A DNA stretch of 64,000 bases. Origin: Puniceicoccaceae bacterium (GTDB lineage: Bacteria > Verrucomicrobiota > Verrucomicrobiia > Opitutales > JAFGAQ01). The translations under genes and the position numbers were made by a program. Below are positions 19,284 to 31,600 of this stretch, in pieces. The stretch covers positions 17,283 to 81,282 of the forward strand of contig JBEGIR010000068.1 of assembly GCA_040224245.1 (NCBI GenBank). The letters run 5' to 3'. Position 1 is the first letter of the stretch, and each line of letters begins with the position of its first letter. A model generated the notes under the pieces. The model was given only the letters and a program-made list of their open reading frames with translations, had not been told where the DNA came from and searched no databases.

Positions 19284-19862
19284 ATGAACACACCTCCCCC
19301 CCCATTGCGTGCTCCCGCTCGCATGCCCAGCGGACTCAACTGGAAGCGCTTCGTCGATCTGAACGCGGAGGAATCCGAAAAGGTGCTGCATTGGCGAAAC
19401 CACCCGCAGGTACGCAAGTGGATGGTGAATCAGGAACCGATTTCCGAACACGAACACTCTGCTTTTCTGGAAAGACTGCGACAGGGCGACGACCCCGACT
19501 ACTACCTGCTATTCTTTCAGCAACAAGCCTTTGGAGTCGTCGACTTCTATCGCAAAAGCTCCAACCCGCACAGCTGCTACTACGGCTACTATCTGGATCC
19601 CTGCCGCCTCGGAAGTGCCATGGGAATTCTGCTGGAGTTCTGGGTGGCTGAATACGCGCTGACACACTGGCAGTATCACCACATCGTTGCCGAAACCCGA
19701 ACCGACAACACTGCTGCACGCGAGCTGCATGCCCATTTTGGTTTTTCCGTCATGGGGACCAATTCTCGGGAACTGGAGGAGGCCGTACTGCACGCAGACA
19801 CCTGGAAGCAGCGACGAAAGCCTGTGCTGAGTGAAATTGCACGGTTTTTTTGCCGACCTTGA
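19284..19862 (+). CDS. GNAT N-acetyltransferase (PseH-like)
   Basis: The start is taken at the ATG after the tgt stop (MNTPPPP). VLHWRNHPQVRKWM...EHSAFLERL...ETRTDNTAARELHAHFGF follows the PseH/GNAT pattern. Confidence 0.7.
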   Translation: MNTPPPPLRAPARMPSGLNWKRFVDLNAEESEKVLHWRNHPQVRKWMVNQEPISEHEHSAFLERLRQGDDPDYYLLFFQQQAFGVVDFYRKSSNPHSCYYGYYLDPCRLGSAMGILLEFWVAEYALTHWQYHHIVAETRTDNTAARELHAHFGFSVMGTNSRELEEAVLHADTWKQRRKPVLSEIARFFCRP

Positions 19863-19990
19863 GCCATCTTTACCGTGCTGTGCACACTACTGCATTTCCG
19901 GTTACCCTGCCTTCCCAAAGCTTGAAAATCCTCGTAAATCCGTGAATTACGGGTCAAGGACATGCGATTTCAGGCGATAATCAAGTCCTG

Positions 19991-21895
19991 ATGCCCGAAC
20001 AGTTTTTCATTGGCAGAGCCAAGGAGCTGGAACGGCTTGAGCGTGTTACCCTCAAGCCAGGGCTTGCCGTACGCCGTCCACGACTCGCTCACATCTGGGG
20101 TCCAGAAGGTTGTGGAAAGACGGCACTGCTCAAAAAGTTCATCAGTTTGCTGCCTGAGGAATCGCAAGCGGTCATCAGTTTTCATTCGAGCTTCGAAGCA
20201 CTCAATAGTGTCGACGATGCCGAATTCTACGAACAACTCTTTGCTTCCGGCCAAAGCAATGTGGGGGACCTCGTCCCCTGGTTGGTTCAGTTGAAGGCCG
20301 ACTCAAACAGCGTATCTGCATCCGGTGCTGACAGCCTCGACACCCACTGGTCCAATCGCTTCACCGATACCCTGCATCGCATGTTGCAGGAAAGTGTGAT
20401 CAACCCGAGGGATCTCTACCTATTTTTTGCGGTCGACAACATCGCTGCACTCCCACTGCAGCTTCGCACGGGCTTCTGCAGTTTTATCGACAGAATTTGC
20501 AATTCCCTGCAATCCGACATCCACATTTCGGTGCTGACAACTGGCGATGTCACCTTGCAGCACATTCCCGATCTCTCCCATTTCTGGAGCACATCCATCA
20601 CCGAAGCCGAACAAATCGAACTCGCCAACCTCACGCGGGACGAAACCTTCCGTCTGCTCGAATCCCACGATCTCGATGCCAATCTCATCTCCAAAATTTA
20701 CAACCAGAGCGCCGGCAACCCGGGCCAGATCATGGCAACCCTGCAGGACCAGAATCTGCAATCGCAGAATTTTGAGGAAAGTTTCAATCGTGGAAAAAAC
20801 CTGATGTACCAGTTCAACAACTTCCAGCGTCGCTGGATCCAATGGGCTGCCATCATGCGTCATTGCAATGAAGAATCCATCTCCATGATCACCGAAGGGC
20901 GTGAGGTGACCGAATGCATCAACTGGATTCGAAACAACTATCCCGGATACTTCGACCGCGAAGGCAATGACTACATCCTGAGACCTGATTTCCGACGAGC
21001 CATCCTTGCCTACGTGCAACGAACGGACCCTCGACTGTACAGTGAAATCAATGAGATTGTTCAGCGCTTAGCAGGAGTGCGCCACGTTATTCCCAACAGC
21101 GAACACCGCAACCTGCTCTCACAGCTGGGAGAACTCCATTATTTTGACTTCGACCTCCTCAAACAGCTCTTCAGCGAAGAAACCTATCGTTCCATGCTGA
21201 AACTGATCGAAAACAAACCTGTTTTTTTTCGTCAGGAACTCGAATCCTACCGCCTGGCGTCCAACATTCGCACTGCAATTTCAATCTACAATCAACTCAG
21301 GAAAAACCCGGATCGAGACAAGTTTCGCCATCGGGTACGCACCTTGTGGGAGGAACGTCAGCGACAGCTCCACCAACAGCTCGACGTGGCAGAAAAGGAT
21401 TTGCACGAGTTCGAGGAACGCAACCGCAGCCTGTCACAATCCGTAGGTAAGATTGAAACCGAACTCCAGCGCTTGCGCAGGTCCCAGCAACAGCTGCACA
21501 TGCCTGCTCCTGTGCAAATCTCTGTCCAGAGCAAACGCAGCAGTCTGTTTGGAGCGATGATGCTGCAACTCACTGGTATTGTACTGCTTTACGTCAATAC
21601 TCTAATCCTTGATACCATGTCGATCAGTTACCTCCTGCTCTCGGGCATTTGCCTGGCGATTGGTGTAGCACTGGGCGCGCGTCAATCGAGTGGACGCGTG
21701 ATGGCAACCCCCCACGGTTCCATGCAGGTCGCCAAATCGGAGCACTATGACACCGTCATTCGCAATCTTGAGGTGGATTTGGTCAATCTCATGCACCAGA
21801 AAGAACAGGCCCAACACCGGATCGAACGCGACAAACTCAATATTCTCAATCTTCAGGCGTCCGCGAACCACACTTACCTCAGTTCGTCTGACTGA
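19991..21895 (+). CDS. membrane-anchored STAND/AAA_16-like P-loop NTPase
   Basis: 634-aa ORF. It shows FIGRAKELERL followed by Walker A GPEGCGKTALL, a Walker B-like LYLFFAVDN, and a GxP-type motif SAGNPGQI. The C-terminus has a coiled-coil and two hydrophobic helices (LFGAMMLQLTGIVLLYVNTLIL / ISYLLLSGICLAIGVALGA). The function is unknown. Confidence 0.6.
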   Translation: MPEQFFIGRAKELERLERVTLKPGLAVRRPRLAHIWGPEGCGKTALLKKFISLLPEESQAVISFHSSFEALNSVDDAEFYEQLFASGQSNVGDLVPWLVQLKADSNSVSASGADSLDTHWSNRFTDTLHRMLQESVINPRDLYLFFAVDNIAALPLQLRTGFCSFIDRICNSLQSDIHISVLTTGDVTLQHIPDLSHFWSTSITEAEQIELANLTRDETFRLLESHDLDANLISKIYNQSAGNPGQIMATLQDQNLQSQNFEESFNRGKNLMYQFNNFQRRWIQWAAIMRHCNEESISMITEGREVTECINWIRNNYPGYFDREGNDYILRPDFRRAILAYVQRTDPRLYSEINEIVQRLAGVRHVIPNSEHRNLLSQLGELHYFDFDLLKQLFSEETYRSMLKLIENKPVFFRQELESYRLASNIRTAISIYNQLRKNPDRDKFRHRVRTLWEERQRQLHQQLDVAEKDLHEFEERNRSLSQSVGKIETELQRLRRSQQQLHMPAPVQISVQSKRSSLFGAMMLQLTGIVLLYVNTLILDTMSISYLLLSGICLAIGVALGARQSSGRVMATPHGSMQVAKSEHYDTVIRNLEVDLVNLMHQKEQAQHRIERDKLNILNLQASANHTYLSSSD

Positions 21896-21948
21896 TCAGG
21901 GTAATGTGACTGCTGCACGCGTTCACAGTTTGCCCTGTTTGTGACTGC

Positions 21949-22941
21949 ATGTTGACTTGCACTTTTCCCGCAGATGAATTGCCATACTCGCAACTCATGC
22001 CACTCGACGAAAATCTCATTCAGGACCGCATCCGCTCCTGCCCGCGGCTCGGGTCACTTCGTCGCATCAATTCCACCTTTCAGGACCTTGCCAATGCGGA
22101 TCAGGACTATACGGGCCAGATCGCTGAAATCATCCGGCGCGACCCTTCCCTGACCTCTCGACTGCTGCAGATGGTCAATTCCGTTTTTTACGGATTGAGG
22201 GAAAAAGTCAGTAGCGTCGAAGATGCGGTTTTCTACCTGGGAACCAAACAAATTCGGGAAATGGCCCTGGCGACTCCGGTGCTCGAAGACATGCAGCGCT
22301 TTGCGGAACACTCCTCCAATGTCGACTGGACGCAATTCTGGCAACAGAGCATCGGGTGCGCGATCATGACCCGGGAGTTGTTGAGCTACTCCGATGTGCG
22401 AAGCCAGGGCGACTCCGACTACATCTCTGGCCTCATCTATGGTGTTGGCTACCTGGTGGCTGTGGCTGCCTTTCCTAATCAAATGCATGAGGTCTTCGCA
22501 GCAAACCCCGACTCCGAGTCGGGGATGGAAGCCCTGCTCATCGAACACATCGGATGGACACAGAGTCAGATTGGCGGATTTTATCTCGAGTCCAACAACA
22601 TTCCGGAAGCCATTCGCATGCCTGTTCGCTTCCAGAACGAACCCGAGCTTGCTGAAGAGCACGCCAAGTCTGCAGCTGCCCTCTACCTTGCCAAACGCAT
22701 GATCGGAGAATTGCAGCAACAACGCAGCGACTCCAGTGCATCTGGCCCGGAAGAAGACGCATCTGTTCCTTTCCCAAATCGCTCAAAATTCCGCATCCCC
22801 ATGCCCGATGCACCTTCCTGGGATGTCTGTCCAGAATTTCATTTGCTGATCGATGCCCAATCCCAGGACCACCTCTCCACCGCAGGGTCGCTGCGCTACA
22901 CGCTCGGTCAATTGCCCGGAGTGCTTAAGGGACTCGTCTAG
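21949..22941 (+). CDS. HDOD domain protein
   Basis: QIAEIIRRDPSLTSRLLQMVNSVFYGLREKVSSVEDAVFYLGTKQIREMALA is the characteristic HDOD N-terminal region. No other recognisable domain was seen. Confidence 0.8.
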   Translation: MLTCTFPADELPYSQLMPLDENLIQDRIRSCPRLGSLRRINSTFQDLANADQDYTGQIAEIIRRDPSLTSRLLQMVNSVFYGLREKVSSVEDAVFYLGTKQIREMALATPVLEDMQRFAEHSSNVDWTQFWQQSIGCAIMTRELLSYSDVRSQGDSDYISGLIYGVGYLVAVAAFPNQMHEVFAANPDSESGMEALLIEHIGWTQSQIGGFYLESNNIPEAIRMPVRFQNEPELAEEHAKSAAALYLAKRMIGELQQQRSDSSASGPEEDASVPFPNRSKFRIPMPDAPSWDVCPEFHLLIDAQSQDHLSTAGSLRYTLGQLPGVLKGLV

Positions 22942-22953
22942 CACAAATCTTCT

Positions 22954-23364
22954 GTGATGAACGCACCGGCTCTCTCCGATTGCACCCGACTCTTTGTCTA
23001 TGGCACCCTGAAGCGAAACCATTGTCATGCCCAACATCAGCATCTCGTACGCCATGCCCGTTTCCTCGGAACCGGGATCACGCGCGGTCACCTCTACCGC
23101 ATAGACTGGTATCCCGCGCTTGTGGATGCAAATGATGCAAAGGCGTGGGTGACAGGAGAAATCTATGACATGCTCGATGCCCACAGCCTGTTATGCGCTC
23201 TCGACGAGTTTGAGGGCTTTGACTTATACCACCCCGAAAACAGCGAATACCGGCGAGTCGTGAGGGAAGTACACACCCAGGACGGCAAAAGGATCTGGTG
23301 CCAGCTCTACCTCTATCAGCGAAGTGTCGATCCGGCACTTCGCATCGCATCGGGCACATTTTGA
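22954..23364 (+). CDS. gamma-glutamylcyclotransferase-like (AIG2/GGACT family) protein
   Basis: 136-aa ORF with the LFVYGTLKRN motif and ...WVTGEIY...LDEFEG... typical of the AIG2-like/GGCT fold. Confidence 0.8.
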   Translation: MMNAPALSDCTRLFVYGTLKRNHCHAQHQHLVRHARFLGTGITRGHLYRIDWYPALVDANDAKAWVTGEIYDMLDAHSLLCALDEFEGFDLYHPENSEYRRVVREVHTQDGKRIWCQLYLYQRSVDPALRIASGTF

Positions 23365-23608
23365 TACGGATCGCAATTGATACCCATTCTTGTTAAAAGC
23401 ACTGATCATCAATCACGTTTCCGTAGGGCTCGCGTTCACCGCGATGCCGCATCTTGTGAGGTAACTGAGGTCTCCGGCTAGCGAAGACCTTCTGTTCAGT
23501 GAACAAAACCAGAGCCTGTATGAGCATAGCTCCGCGCCCCATGCATGCAGTCACCAAGTATCAGAGATTCCACTCACACACCGTGGAGATAGCGATTCCC
23601 ACCAAAGG

Positions 23609-23643
23609 AAAAACCCGCTCGATTGACTTGAGCGGGTTTTTTG
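23609..23643. terminator. bidirectional rho-independent terminator
   Basis: aaaaacccgctc-gattgactt-gagcgggttttttg is a GC-rich 9-bp stem flanked by an A-run and a T-run. It lies 35 nt downstream of the MCP stop and downstream of the GGCT-like gene (convergent). Confidence 0.75.
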
Positions 23644-23678
23644 CAAATGACCTCAAAGACCGTTGTTTCCGTGCCCTC

Positions 23679-25370
23679 TCAGGCAATCTTGAACCGTCCG
23701 ACCAGTGTGAGAAGTTCGCGCGAAGAGGACTGCAACTGAGTCGCACTGGTGTTGAGATCCCGACTCATCTGGTTCACACTGCCCACCAGTTTGTCCACTT
23801 CCTGAATCTCGTCGGAAATCGCATTGCTGGACTCCGCACCCGCACTGACATTGCGAGCAACTTCACCGATGCCATCCGACGCCTGGGTGATGTTGCCACT
23901 GATCTCCTGCGTAGTGACCGATTGTTCCTCGACAGCTGCAGCGATCGTGGTCACCACCGAATCCACATCGCGAATGATCTCGGTGATCTTGTTGATCTGG
24001 CTCAGCGTGCTCTGACTCGAACTCTGGATGCTGTCGATCTGATTCTGAATCTCGTTGGTCGCGTCCGAAGTCTGTCGTGCCAATTCCTTGATCTCGTTGG
24101 CAACCACAGCAAATCCCTTCCCCGCTTCACCGGCACTGGCCGCTTCGATGGTCGCATTGAGTGCGAGCAAGTTGGTTTGCGCCGAAATGGCATTGATGAC
24201 TTCGGTGACCTTGGTGATCTCATTGGCCGCCTGCTCCAGGAGTTTCATCTTTTCCGTCGTGATGTTGGCTTCGGTGACGGATTCGGATGTCATCTCATTG
24301 GCCTTTGAGGTGTTGCGCGAAATTTCGAGCACACTCGAATTCATTTCTTCTGCAGCGGTGGCCACCACATTGATGTTGGTGGAATACTGCTCAATCGCAC
24401 TGGCGATGGTCGCAATGCTTGAACTCAGCTCCTCCGACGATGCTGAGACTGACGTAGAGCGCAATGCGAGATCCGAAGCATTGCCTGTCGTTGACTTCGC
24501 AAGCTCAAGCAAATGATCCGATGCCTGCGAAGTCGCTTGTGTGTTTTCCGCCACCTTCTGAATGATCGCCTGCAGGTTGGCAATGAAAGCATTGAACCAA
24601 TGGGTCAGCTCTCCCACTTCATCCTTGCCACCACTTTCCAGACGCTTGGTCAGATCCCCTTCTCCCTGCGCCACATCTTTGAGTCCCTTAACGGCAGCAG
24701 ACAGTGGTTTTGTGATCAGGCGGGCCACAAACCATGCGAGAAAGACCGACACGGCGATGCTGATCGCAATCGCGATGATCAACATGGCGATCGTTACCTT
24801 AAACGTTAACAGGGCACTCTCGAAGGCACCTTCCGCATCACTGAGGTTCAATTGGGTAGCGCGATCAATATATCCGCGCATGTGATCAAACTTTTCATTC
24901 ACCGCTCCAACCGAAGCTACGATGGCTTCGTCCCGCGCTTCGCTCTTCGGACTGGAGGCCAGTTTCACTACCTGTTCTGCGGATTGCTCCCACTCTGAGT
25001 AGGCCTTGCGAAACTGGGGAACGAGCACGCGCTCATTATCGTTGGTAATCAAATTCGCATAACTTTCATACCGATCACGGCTTTGTTGTTTGTTCTCCTC
25101 GAAGGCAGTCACAAGCTCACCCACCTCGGTAGATTCTGGATCTGTAAACAACAGTGTTCGTTCCGCGATAAGGGACTGGTGAAGATCGCGGTCGGCTTCG
25201 AGTAGAAAGGTCACTGCTGGCAGTCGAACCGCAAAAATGTCGTCGAGATTGTTTTGAATACGGTTGACGCTCACATAGCTGATGATCCCGAGGATCACCA
25301 TGAAACCCACATTGATACTAAAGCATACAATGAGTTTGTCGCGGATTTTCAGATTCTTTAAAGCATTCAT
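23679..25370 (-). CDS. methyl-accepting chemotaxis protein
   Basis: N-terminal TM, periplasmic 4-helix-bundle-like region, second TM, HAMP, and the highly conserved signalling hairpin [32 protein letters not shown]. Confidence 0.95.
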   Translation of the reverse strand: MNALKNLKIRDKLIVCFSINVGFMVILGIISYVSVNRIQNNLDDIFAVRLPAVTFLLEADRDLHQSLIAERTLLFTDPESTEVGELVTAFEENKQQSRDRYESYANLITNDNERVLVPQFRKAYSEWEQSAEQVVKLASSPKSEARDEAIVASVGAVNEKFDHMRGYIDRATQLNLSDAEGAFESALLTFKVTIAMLIIAIAISIAVSVFLAWFVARLITKPLSAAVKGLKDVAQGEGDLTKRLESGGKDEVGELTHWFNAFIANLQAIIQKVAENTQATSQASDHLLELAKSTTGNASDLALRSTSVSASSEELSSSIATIASAIEQYSTNINVVATAAEEMNSSVLEISRNTSKANEMTSESVTEANITTEKMKLLEQAANEITKVTEVINAISAQTNLLALNATIEAASAGEAGKGFAVVANEIKELARQTSDATNEIQNQIDSIQSSSQSTLSQINKITEIIRDVDSVVTTIAAAVEEQSVTTQEISGNITQASDGIGEVARNVSAGAESSNAISDEIQEVDKLVGSVNQMSRDLNTSATQLQSSSRELLTLVGRFKIA

Positions 25371-25398
25371 AGTCAGAAGGGGGTTGATCAGGGAAAGA

Positions 25399-26070
25399 TC
25401 AGAAACTCAGGCTGGTTCCAATCACGTGGGTGGTGCGCCAGCTGTGGCTTGTGCCCACACGGCTGCGCTGATACATGTAATACACCGAGCAGGAAAATGC
25501 ATCGGAGATCGGTAATCCGAGCATGACCGGATAGAGGCGGTTCATGGAAATCACAGAGCGGTCGGCGTCATAAAACACTTCGTTTCCGATACGATAGAAT
25601 TTGATGAGGTCATGATTCACGGGCCAGGTCAGGGTGGTATATTGGCGCACACGATTAAACACCTCGCTGCCGCGCCCTTCCTTCCACTGCACTTCCCAAC
25701 GGTTGCGCAGTGCCAGCGTGGGTCCGCCCTCCCCGAACTGGATGGGGTTCGGATTCAACTCCAGGTCAATTCGATACGTTTCATTGTAATCAGATTGTGA
25801 GCGGGAGCGGCTCCCCTCGATGGTCGGATGGGTGCCCAGCGTCCATTTTTTACCAAGACGTGTGTTGAACTTCTGGCTGAAGCGATAATACCCCAAAAAC
25901 TCGGCTTCCGGGAATCGAAACTCCGCATGGCTTCGGGTTTTCACATGCTCACTCAGGGTATAGTTGGGAGCATTCAATGTAATCCACCAGGCATCCACAG
26001 CGTGCAGTGCCGACGAGGGCAGCAACACCAGTGTAAAGGTGATCGCCGCAAGGCGTTTTGCGATATTCAT
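25399..26070 (-). CDS. DUF2490-like outer-membrane beta-barrel protein
   Basis: Start placed at the ATG giving [24 protein letters not shown] (signal peptide). Alternating beta-strand pattern and a C-terminal aromatic residue (...GTSLSF). The family call is tentative. Confidence 0.5.
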   Translation of the reverse strand: MNIAKRLAAITFTLVLLPSSALHAVDAWWITLNAPNYTLSEHVKTRSHAEFRFPEAEFLGYYRFSQKFNTRLGKKWTLGTHPTIEGSRSRSQSDYNETYRIDLELNPNPIQFGEGGPTLALRNRWEVQWKEGRGSEVFNRVRQYTTLTWPVNHDLIKFYRIGNEVFYDADRSVISMNRLYPVMLGLPISDAFSCSVYYMYQRSRVGTSHSWRTTHVIGTSLSF

Positions 26071-26289
26071 GATTGTGATGAGTTTAAGAATCCGGAGCAT
26101 CCGGAAAACAAGAATTGCATTACAAGAGATCGGCGATTCCCGGGAGCGGTTTAGAAAGAAATTTGGATGTTCCAATCCAACCTTCGGAAACAAACAGGAG
26201 TCCATTGTCCCAAAATTGAAACAGGCAAAGCGACCGGATTGGCTGGCAAAACAGTAAATTCAGGTCTAGGCTTGAGGTTTTTCCGATTC

Positions 26290-28461
26290 ATGAAACCTGT
26301 AAAGACCGATCACCAGCAAGGCATCCGCACTGTCTCCTACACAGGCGTGCACAAACCCTCGAGCCGCATCCCCTTCTTCAACCGCGAGCTGAGTTGGCTA
26401 TCCTTCAATCGTCGCGTTCTTGAGCAGGCACTCAATCCCAAGTACCCTCTGCTGGAACGGGTTCGCTACCTCGGATTTGTCAGTTCCAATCTCGATGAAT
26501 TTTTTGAAATCCGGGTTGCAGGTCTCATGCAGCAGGTGGAGTCTGGCTCGAACATCGAACCCGGTCCCGATGGACTGAGTCCCGCTGAGCAGCTCAAGCG
26601 CATCCGCGAGGTAACCCTGCAGCTCGTCAAGGACCAGTACAAATGCTGGCATGATGTGCTCGTCCCCGAACTCGCGCGTGAGCACATCTACATCAAACTG
26701 TTCAGCCAGCTCAGCGACCGTGAGGAAACCTGGGCTCGCGAATACTTTGAAACTGAAATTTTCCCGGTGCTCACCCCACTGGCAATCGATCCGGCCCACC
26801 CTTTTCCCCAACTGCTGAACAAGTCCCTCAATATCCTGGTGGAACTCGAAAATCCGGAAGAAGAGAGCAATCCACACATGGCGATTGTCCCGGTTCCGCG
26901 CATCCTTCCACGCATTGTGCAGATCGGCGAAACCTCCGAACCGGGCATTTCCTACCTGCTGATCAGCTCGTTTGTGAAAAACTACGCGAGCAAGCTCTTT
27001 CCCGGACTCAAGGTACTGTCAACCCAGGCCTTCCGGATCACGCGCAACTCGGACCTCTACATTGACGAAGAAGAGGTCGACAACCTGCTCAACACCATCG
27101 AAGAAGAGTTGCACAAACTCAAACGCGGCCATGCAGTGCGCCTGGAAATCGAGCGAACCGTCCCCAAACATCAACTCAAAAAACTGCTGCGCACCCACGA
27201 CCTCAGCGCGGAGAGTGTTTACCTGGTGGAAGGTCCCATCAACCTGATGCGCATCACCGCGATCTGTGACATGGTGGACGCTAAGGAGCTGAAGTTCAAA
27301 AGCTTCACGCCCTACACACCTCCATCCCTCACGAGTGCGGCTATCTCGTTTGATACCCTGCGCAAGGAAGACTACCTGCTGCACCACCCTTTCGACAGTT
27401 TTCAGCCTTTTGTCGATTTCCTTCACATGGCTTCCAAAGACCCCAAGGTGTTTGCCATCAAGCAAACACTCTACCGCACCAGTGGGGATTCTCCCATCAT
27501 CGACGCGCTGATGAAAGCATCGATGAACGGCAAACAGGTAACCGCCCTCATCGAAATCAAAGCTCGTTTCGACGAGGAAAACAACATCCAGTGGGCAAAG
27601 CGCCTCGAAGAGGCGGGTGTGCATGTGGTCTACGGACTCGTGGGTCTGAAGACCCACTGCAAATGCTGCCTGGTTGTCCGGAGAGACCTTGATGGCATGC
27701 GCCGCTATGTGCATTTGGGCACTGGCAACTACAATCCCAAAACAGCACGGCTCTACACTGACCTTTCCTACATGACGGCCAACCCCGCGATCACGACCGA
27801 TGTCGCTACACTGTTCAACACGCTAACGGGCTTTTCGCGTGCACCGGAGTTCCGAAAGCTCCTGGTCGCTCCGTTCAACCTGCAGCCCATGCTCTGCAAG
27901 TACATCCAGCAAGAAGCTGCCAACGCCGAAGCAGGTCTTCCTGCACGCATTGTCGTCAAGGCCAACAGCCTGATCGACCGGGAGGTGATCGGAAATCTCT
28001 ACGCCGCTTCTCAGGCAGGAGTGAAGATCGAGCTGATCATTCGTGGCATCTGCGGCATCGTACCCGGACTGAAGGGGTTGAGTGAAAATATCCGAGTGCG
28101 CAGCATTCTGGGGCGTTTCCTCGAACATCACCGTATCTTCTACTTTGAAAATGGAGACCAGGACCCCATCTTGCTCATGGGCAGTGCGGACTGGATGCCA
28201 CGCAATTTCTACCGTCGCATTGAAACCGTCGTTCAGATCGAAAACCCCAAAATCCGGGACCGTATCAAGCACATCCTTGAGGTGTATCTGAAGGACAATG
28301 CAAACTCCAAGTTGCTTCGCTCCAATGGCGCCTACACCACCTTTCCCATCCCCGAGGAACAGCGCACCTTCAGTGCACAGGACAGTTTCATGGATGAAGC
28401 AACGGAAAAGCGGAATTACTTTGAGTCCAGTGAACTGCCACCGCTGAAAACCCAGCACTGA
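26290..28461 (+). CDS. ppk1: polyphosphate kinase 1
   Basis: [20 protein letters not shown]-terminus, then PPK1 middle and two PLD-like C-terminal domains ([10 protein letters not shown]..., [13 protein letters not shown]). Start taken at the ATG giving MKPVKTD. Confidence 0.95.
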   Translation: MKPVKTDHQQGIRTVSYTGVHKPSSRIPFFNRELSWLSFNRRVLEQALNPKYPLLERVRYLGFVSSNLDEFFEIRVAGLMQQVESGSNIEPGPDGLSPAEQLKRIREVTLQLVKDQYKCWHDVLVPELAREHIYIKLFSQLSDREETWAREYFETEIFPVLTPLAIDPAHPFPQLLNKSLNILVELENPEEESNPHMAIVPVPRILPRIVQIGETSEPGISYLLISSFVKNYASKLFPGLKVLSTQAFRITRNSDLYIDEEEVDNLLNTIEEELHKLKRGHAVRLEIERTVPKHQLKKLLRTHDLSAESVYLVEGPINLMRITAICDMVDAKELKFKSFTPYTPPSLTSAAISFDTLRKEDYLLHHPFDSFQPFVDFLHMASKDPKVFAIKQTLYRTSGDSPIIDALMKASMNGKQVTALIEIKARFDEENNIQWAKRLEEAGVHVVYGLVGLKTHCKCCLVVRRDLDGMRRYVHLGTGNYNPKTARLYTDLSYMTANPAITTDVATLFNTLTGFSRAPEFRKLLVAPFNLQPMLCKYIQQEAANAEAGLPARIVVKANSLIDREVIGNLYAASQAGVKIELIIRGICGIVPGLKGLSENIRVRSILGRFLEHHRIFYFENGDQDPILLMGSADWMPRNFYRRIETVVQIENPKIRDRIKHILEVYLKDNANSKLLRSNGAYTTFPIPEEQRTFSAQDSFMDEATEKRNYFESSELPPLKTQH

Positions 28462-28600
28462 TCCCGATGGACGATCAATCCAAACTTGGCGAACAGCACC
28501 TGTCGGAATTCAGAAACCGCAGTGGATGACTTCAGAAATCGGGTTTTTGACCGATCATCAAGCTTCCCGTTGATGTGGACTCCAAATCGCCCGCTTCTGC

Positions 28601-31600
28601 ATGTCTATTCGCTACACCCCAGGCATTGTACTCAGCTTGCTGAGCGGAATGCTGTGGGTGAACGACGCATCCTGCACTGAAGCGGGTCAACCGTTCTTCC
28701 GAAGTTATTCGTTTGAAGAAATTGGGAACCTGTCCCCCGGAGCTCAGCTTTGCAGTGATGCGAACGGCATGCTCTGGGTCAGTCAGCAGGGAACCCTGCT
28801 CGCTTTTGACAATCAGAGCTGGATCGACATGCTCTCCCCGTCCGAAACCCAGCGCAACCTCAGCCTCATTCACGCTGCACCCGACGCTACCTTCTATTAT
28901 GGAGCTGCTGGAAATTGGGGACGACTTCGCATGCAGGAAGACGGAACATTAACCACGGATAGCCTGCGTTGTGAGCGCGCTCCTTCCTGGACGTTGAACA
29001 ACCGCATCGATCATATCGCCATCATTCCCGAGGGTATCGCTTTTCAAGGACAGCGCGGATTGATCTTCTACGATCACGAAAGCGGTCAAAACCATTACTT
29101 CGAGATCCCCCGAACCCAGCATATTTTCACCCTCAACGACACCCTTTACGTGTCGTCAGATACCCGGGGAACTGAACGCCTGGAACTGGAGTCCATGCAA
29201 CTGCTGCAGGTCTTGAATTCCTCAACCTCGCATTCACCGGTCATCACCAGCAGCACGAAGCTTGCATTGGGTTCTGTCATTGCGATTACCCGTCAGGGGA
29301 CTCTGCTTCGCTTCGATGGTGAACAGTTCGAAAACTGGCACAGTGAGATTCCGATGCCGGAGAATGCAACAGAAGCGGTCCTGCTGCGACTGGATGAACA
29401 TCAACTCTCCTTCGCTCATCCGTCGGCAGGTCTGTACATTCTCAATGAGAAGGGCCATATCCTCAAGCACCTGGAGGGTGAACCCTTTCGAAACATATCG
29501 GACATGGAGGTGAATGAACCCGGAGTGCTCTGGATATCCTCAGGCGAAGGCATCGTGCGTTTGATCTACAACTACCCCGTGTCGGTCTTTGATCACCGCG
29601 CAGGACTTACCCTATCCTGGCCACAAATCATTCGTCACCAGAATGAAACCTTGTTTGCTTCAAACGGAAAACTCTACCGTCCCCTCAACGACAGCCCCGG
29701 ATCCCTCACGCGATACGAGCAGTGGAACCTGGATCAACCCTACGGAATCTGGACCTTGAATAGCACACCACACGGCTTGTTGTTCGGCAACTGGAGTGGC
29801 CTCTATTTTTGCAGCACGGATGAAAACATTACTCCCGTGCTCTCTTCGATGCAGGTGAGTCGCATCGTACCGACCGATGCAGAATCGACGACCTTCCTGA
29901 TTCTCGGTGAAAAGCAAATGACCTTGATTCGCTGGACGGGGGAACAGTGGGAGGAACTCTCTGAACGCGTTCCTTCTGTAGGTTATCCCTCCGTCGTGCA
30001 TCGCACATTTCCAGATTCGATCTGGGTGGAATTGGGGCTGAATCGAGTTGCCCACATTCGAATCGAAGGGGAGCGCATTCACAGCGACATCATAGACTTG
30101 TGGGATGATGCAAACCCCCAATGGATCGGGATCGGCAATATCGGAAGCCAGACCGTACTGTCGAACGGGGGTGGCACCCTTCATTTCTACGATGAACAGA
30201 GCAGATCCTTTCTCGAGCACTCTGAATATGAAGCCACACTGCGAGCCTCACCACTACCGGCACAACGGGTTGTGCAAACAGCAGATGGCACTGTCTGGAT
30301 CGGGTATGCGAACGGAGTCTACCGTTTGAAACTTGAAGGCGACCAAGTGGAGTATGACACGGAGTCCCTGCGCCTGTTGCGCATCAATCATCCCATTTTT
30401 AATGTCATTGGGGATACGGTCTGGATCGCTGGAGAGAAGGTCGCTTACCGCATCGACACGCAGCTTCCAAGACTCCCGAGACAACCCCCATTTCCCCACC
30501 TTATTCGAGTCTTTGATGCACGAAACAACCAGTTAATCGCCCACTCCATGGGTGATGATTTCTCAAAAATCCGTCACATTCCCTATCGCTCCAACAGCCT
30601 CACCTTTCATTTTTTCCCAGGAACTTACCATACCCTGCGCAGCCCCCAATTCCAATATCGTCTCAGCAGCCACGAATCCGCCTGGTCCAAACCGGGCCAC
30701 GATTCCAGCCTCACTCTCCCCTTTCTGCAACCCGGACACTACAAGCTGGAAGTTCGCCTGCTTCAGGATGAATTCATCATCAGCGATGTCTTTACCACCG
30801 AGTTCACGGTTCTCCCTCCCTTTTACCGCACGGGTTTGGCCTACGCCCTTTATGCTGCTACGCTCTTCGTCTTTATTGCGCTGACAGTGCACTGGTTCAA
30901 TCGCAGTCTACAGCGTCGGGCTCAGTATTTCCAAAAACTGGTGAATCGAAAGACCCGCGAACTCCATCGCGCAAACAATGATCTGCGCCAGGCCATGCTT
31001 CGCGCTGAACAGGCTTCGCAAGCCAAATCCCAGTTCCTTGCAAACATGTCCCACGAGATTCGCACCCCGCTGAACGGATCGCTGGGCATGTGCAAGTTAT
31101 TGGAGTTTACGAAACTCGACTCTGAGCAGGAGGATTTGCTGCGGGTCATGCGAATCTCGAATGAGGCCCTTTTGGCGATCATTAATGATATTCTGGATTT
31201 CTCAAAGGTCGAAGCGGGTGAAATCCAGCTGGAATCTGAACCCTTCAGCCTCCGGTCCCTGATGAATGACGTCGTAGATCTCGTCATCCCGTCCCTGCAG
31301 AACCGCCCGATAGAACTCACGGTATCGGTTCAGAACGAAGTGTGCGACCATCGAACTGGTGACGCCATACGCATCCGACAGGTACTGCTCAATCTGATCA
31401 GCAATGCGATCAAATTCACCCCGAGCGGATACGTCCGGGTGGAGGTCACCCATTCTGCAGAAACTCCCGGAAGCCTTGTCTTCAGTGTTCAGGATTCCGG
31501 GATTGGCATGTCCGCTGATACCCTTCAAAAATTGTTCAAACCGTTTTCTCAAGGCGACCAATCCACTTCCAAGCGTTTTGGAGGAACCGGGTTGGGACTT

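Noticed and set aside
27019-28458. Two minus-strand ORFs of 231 and 211 aa
   Set aside because: Both are antisense to ppk1, whose identity is unambiguous.
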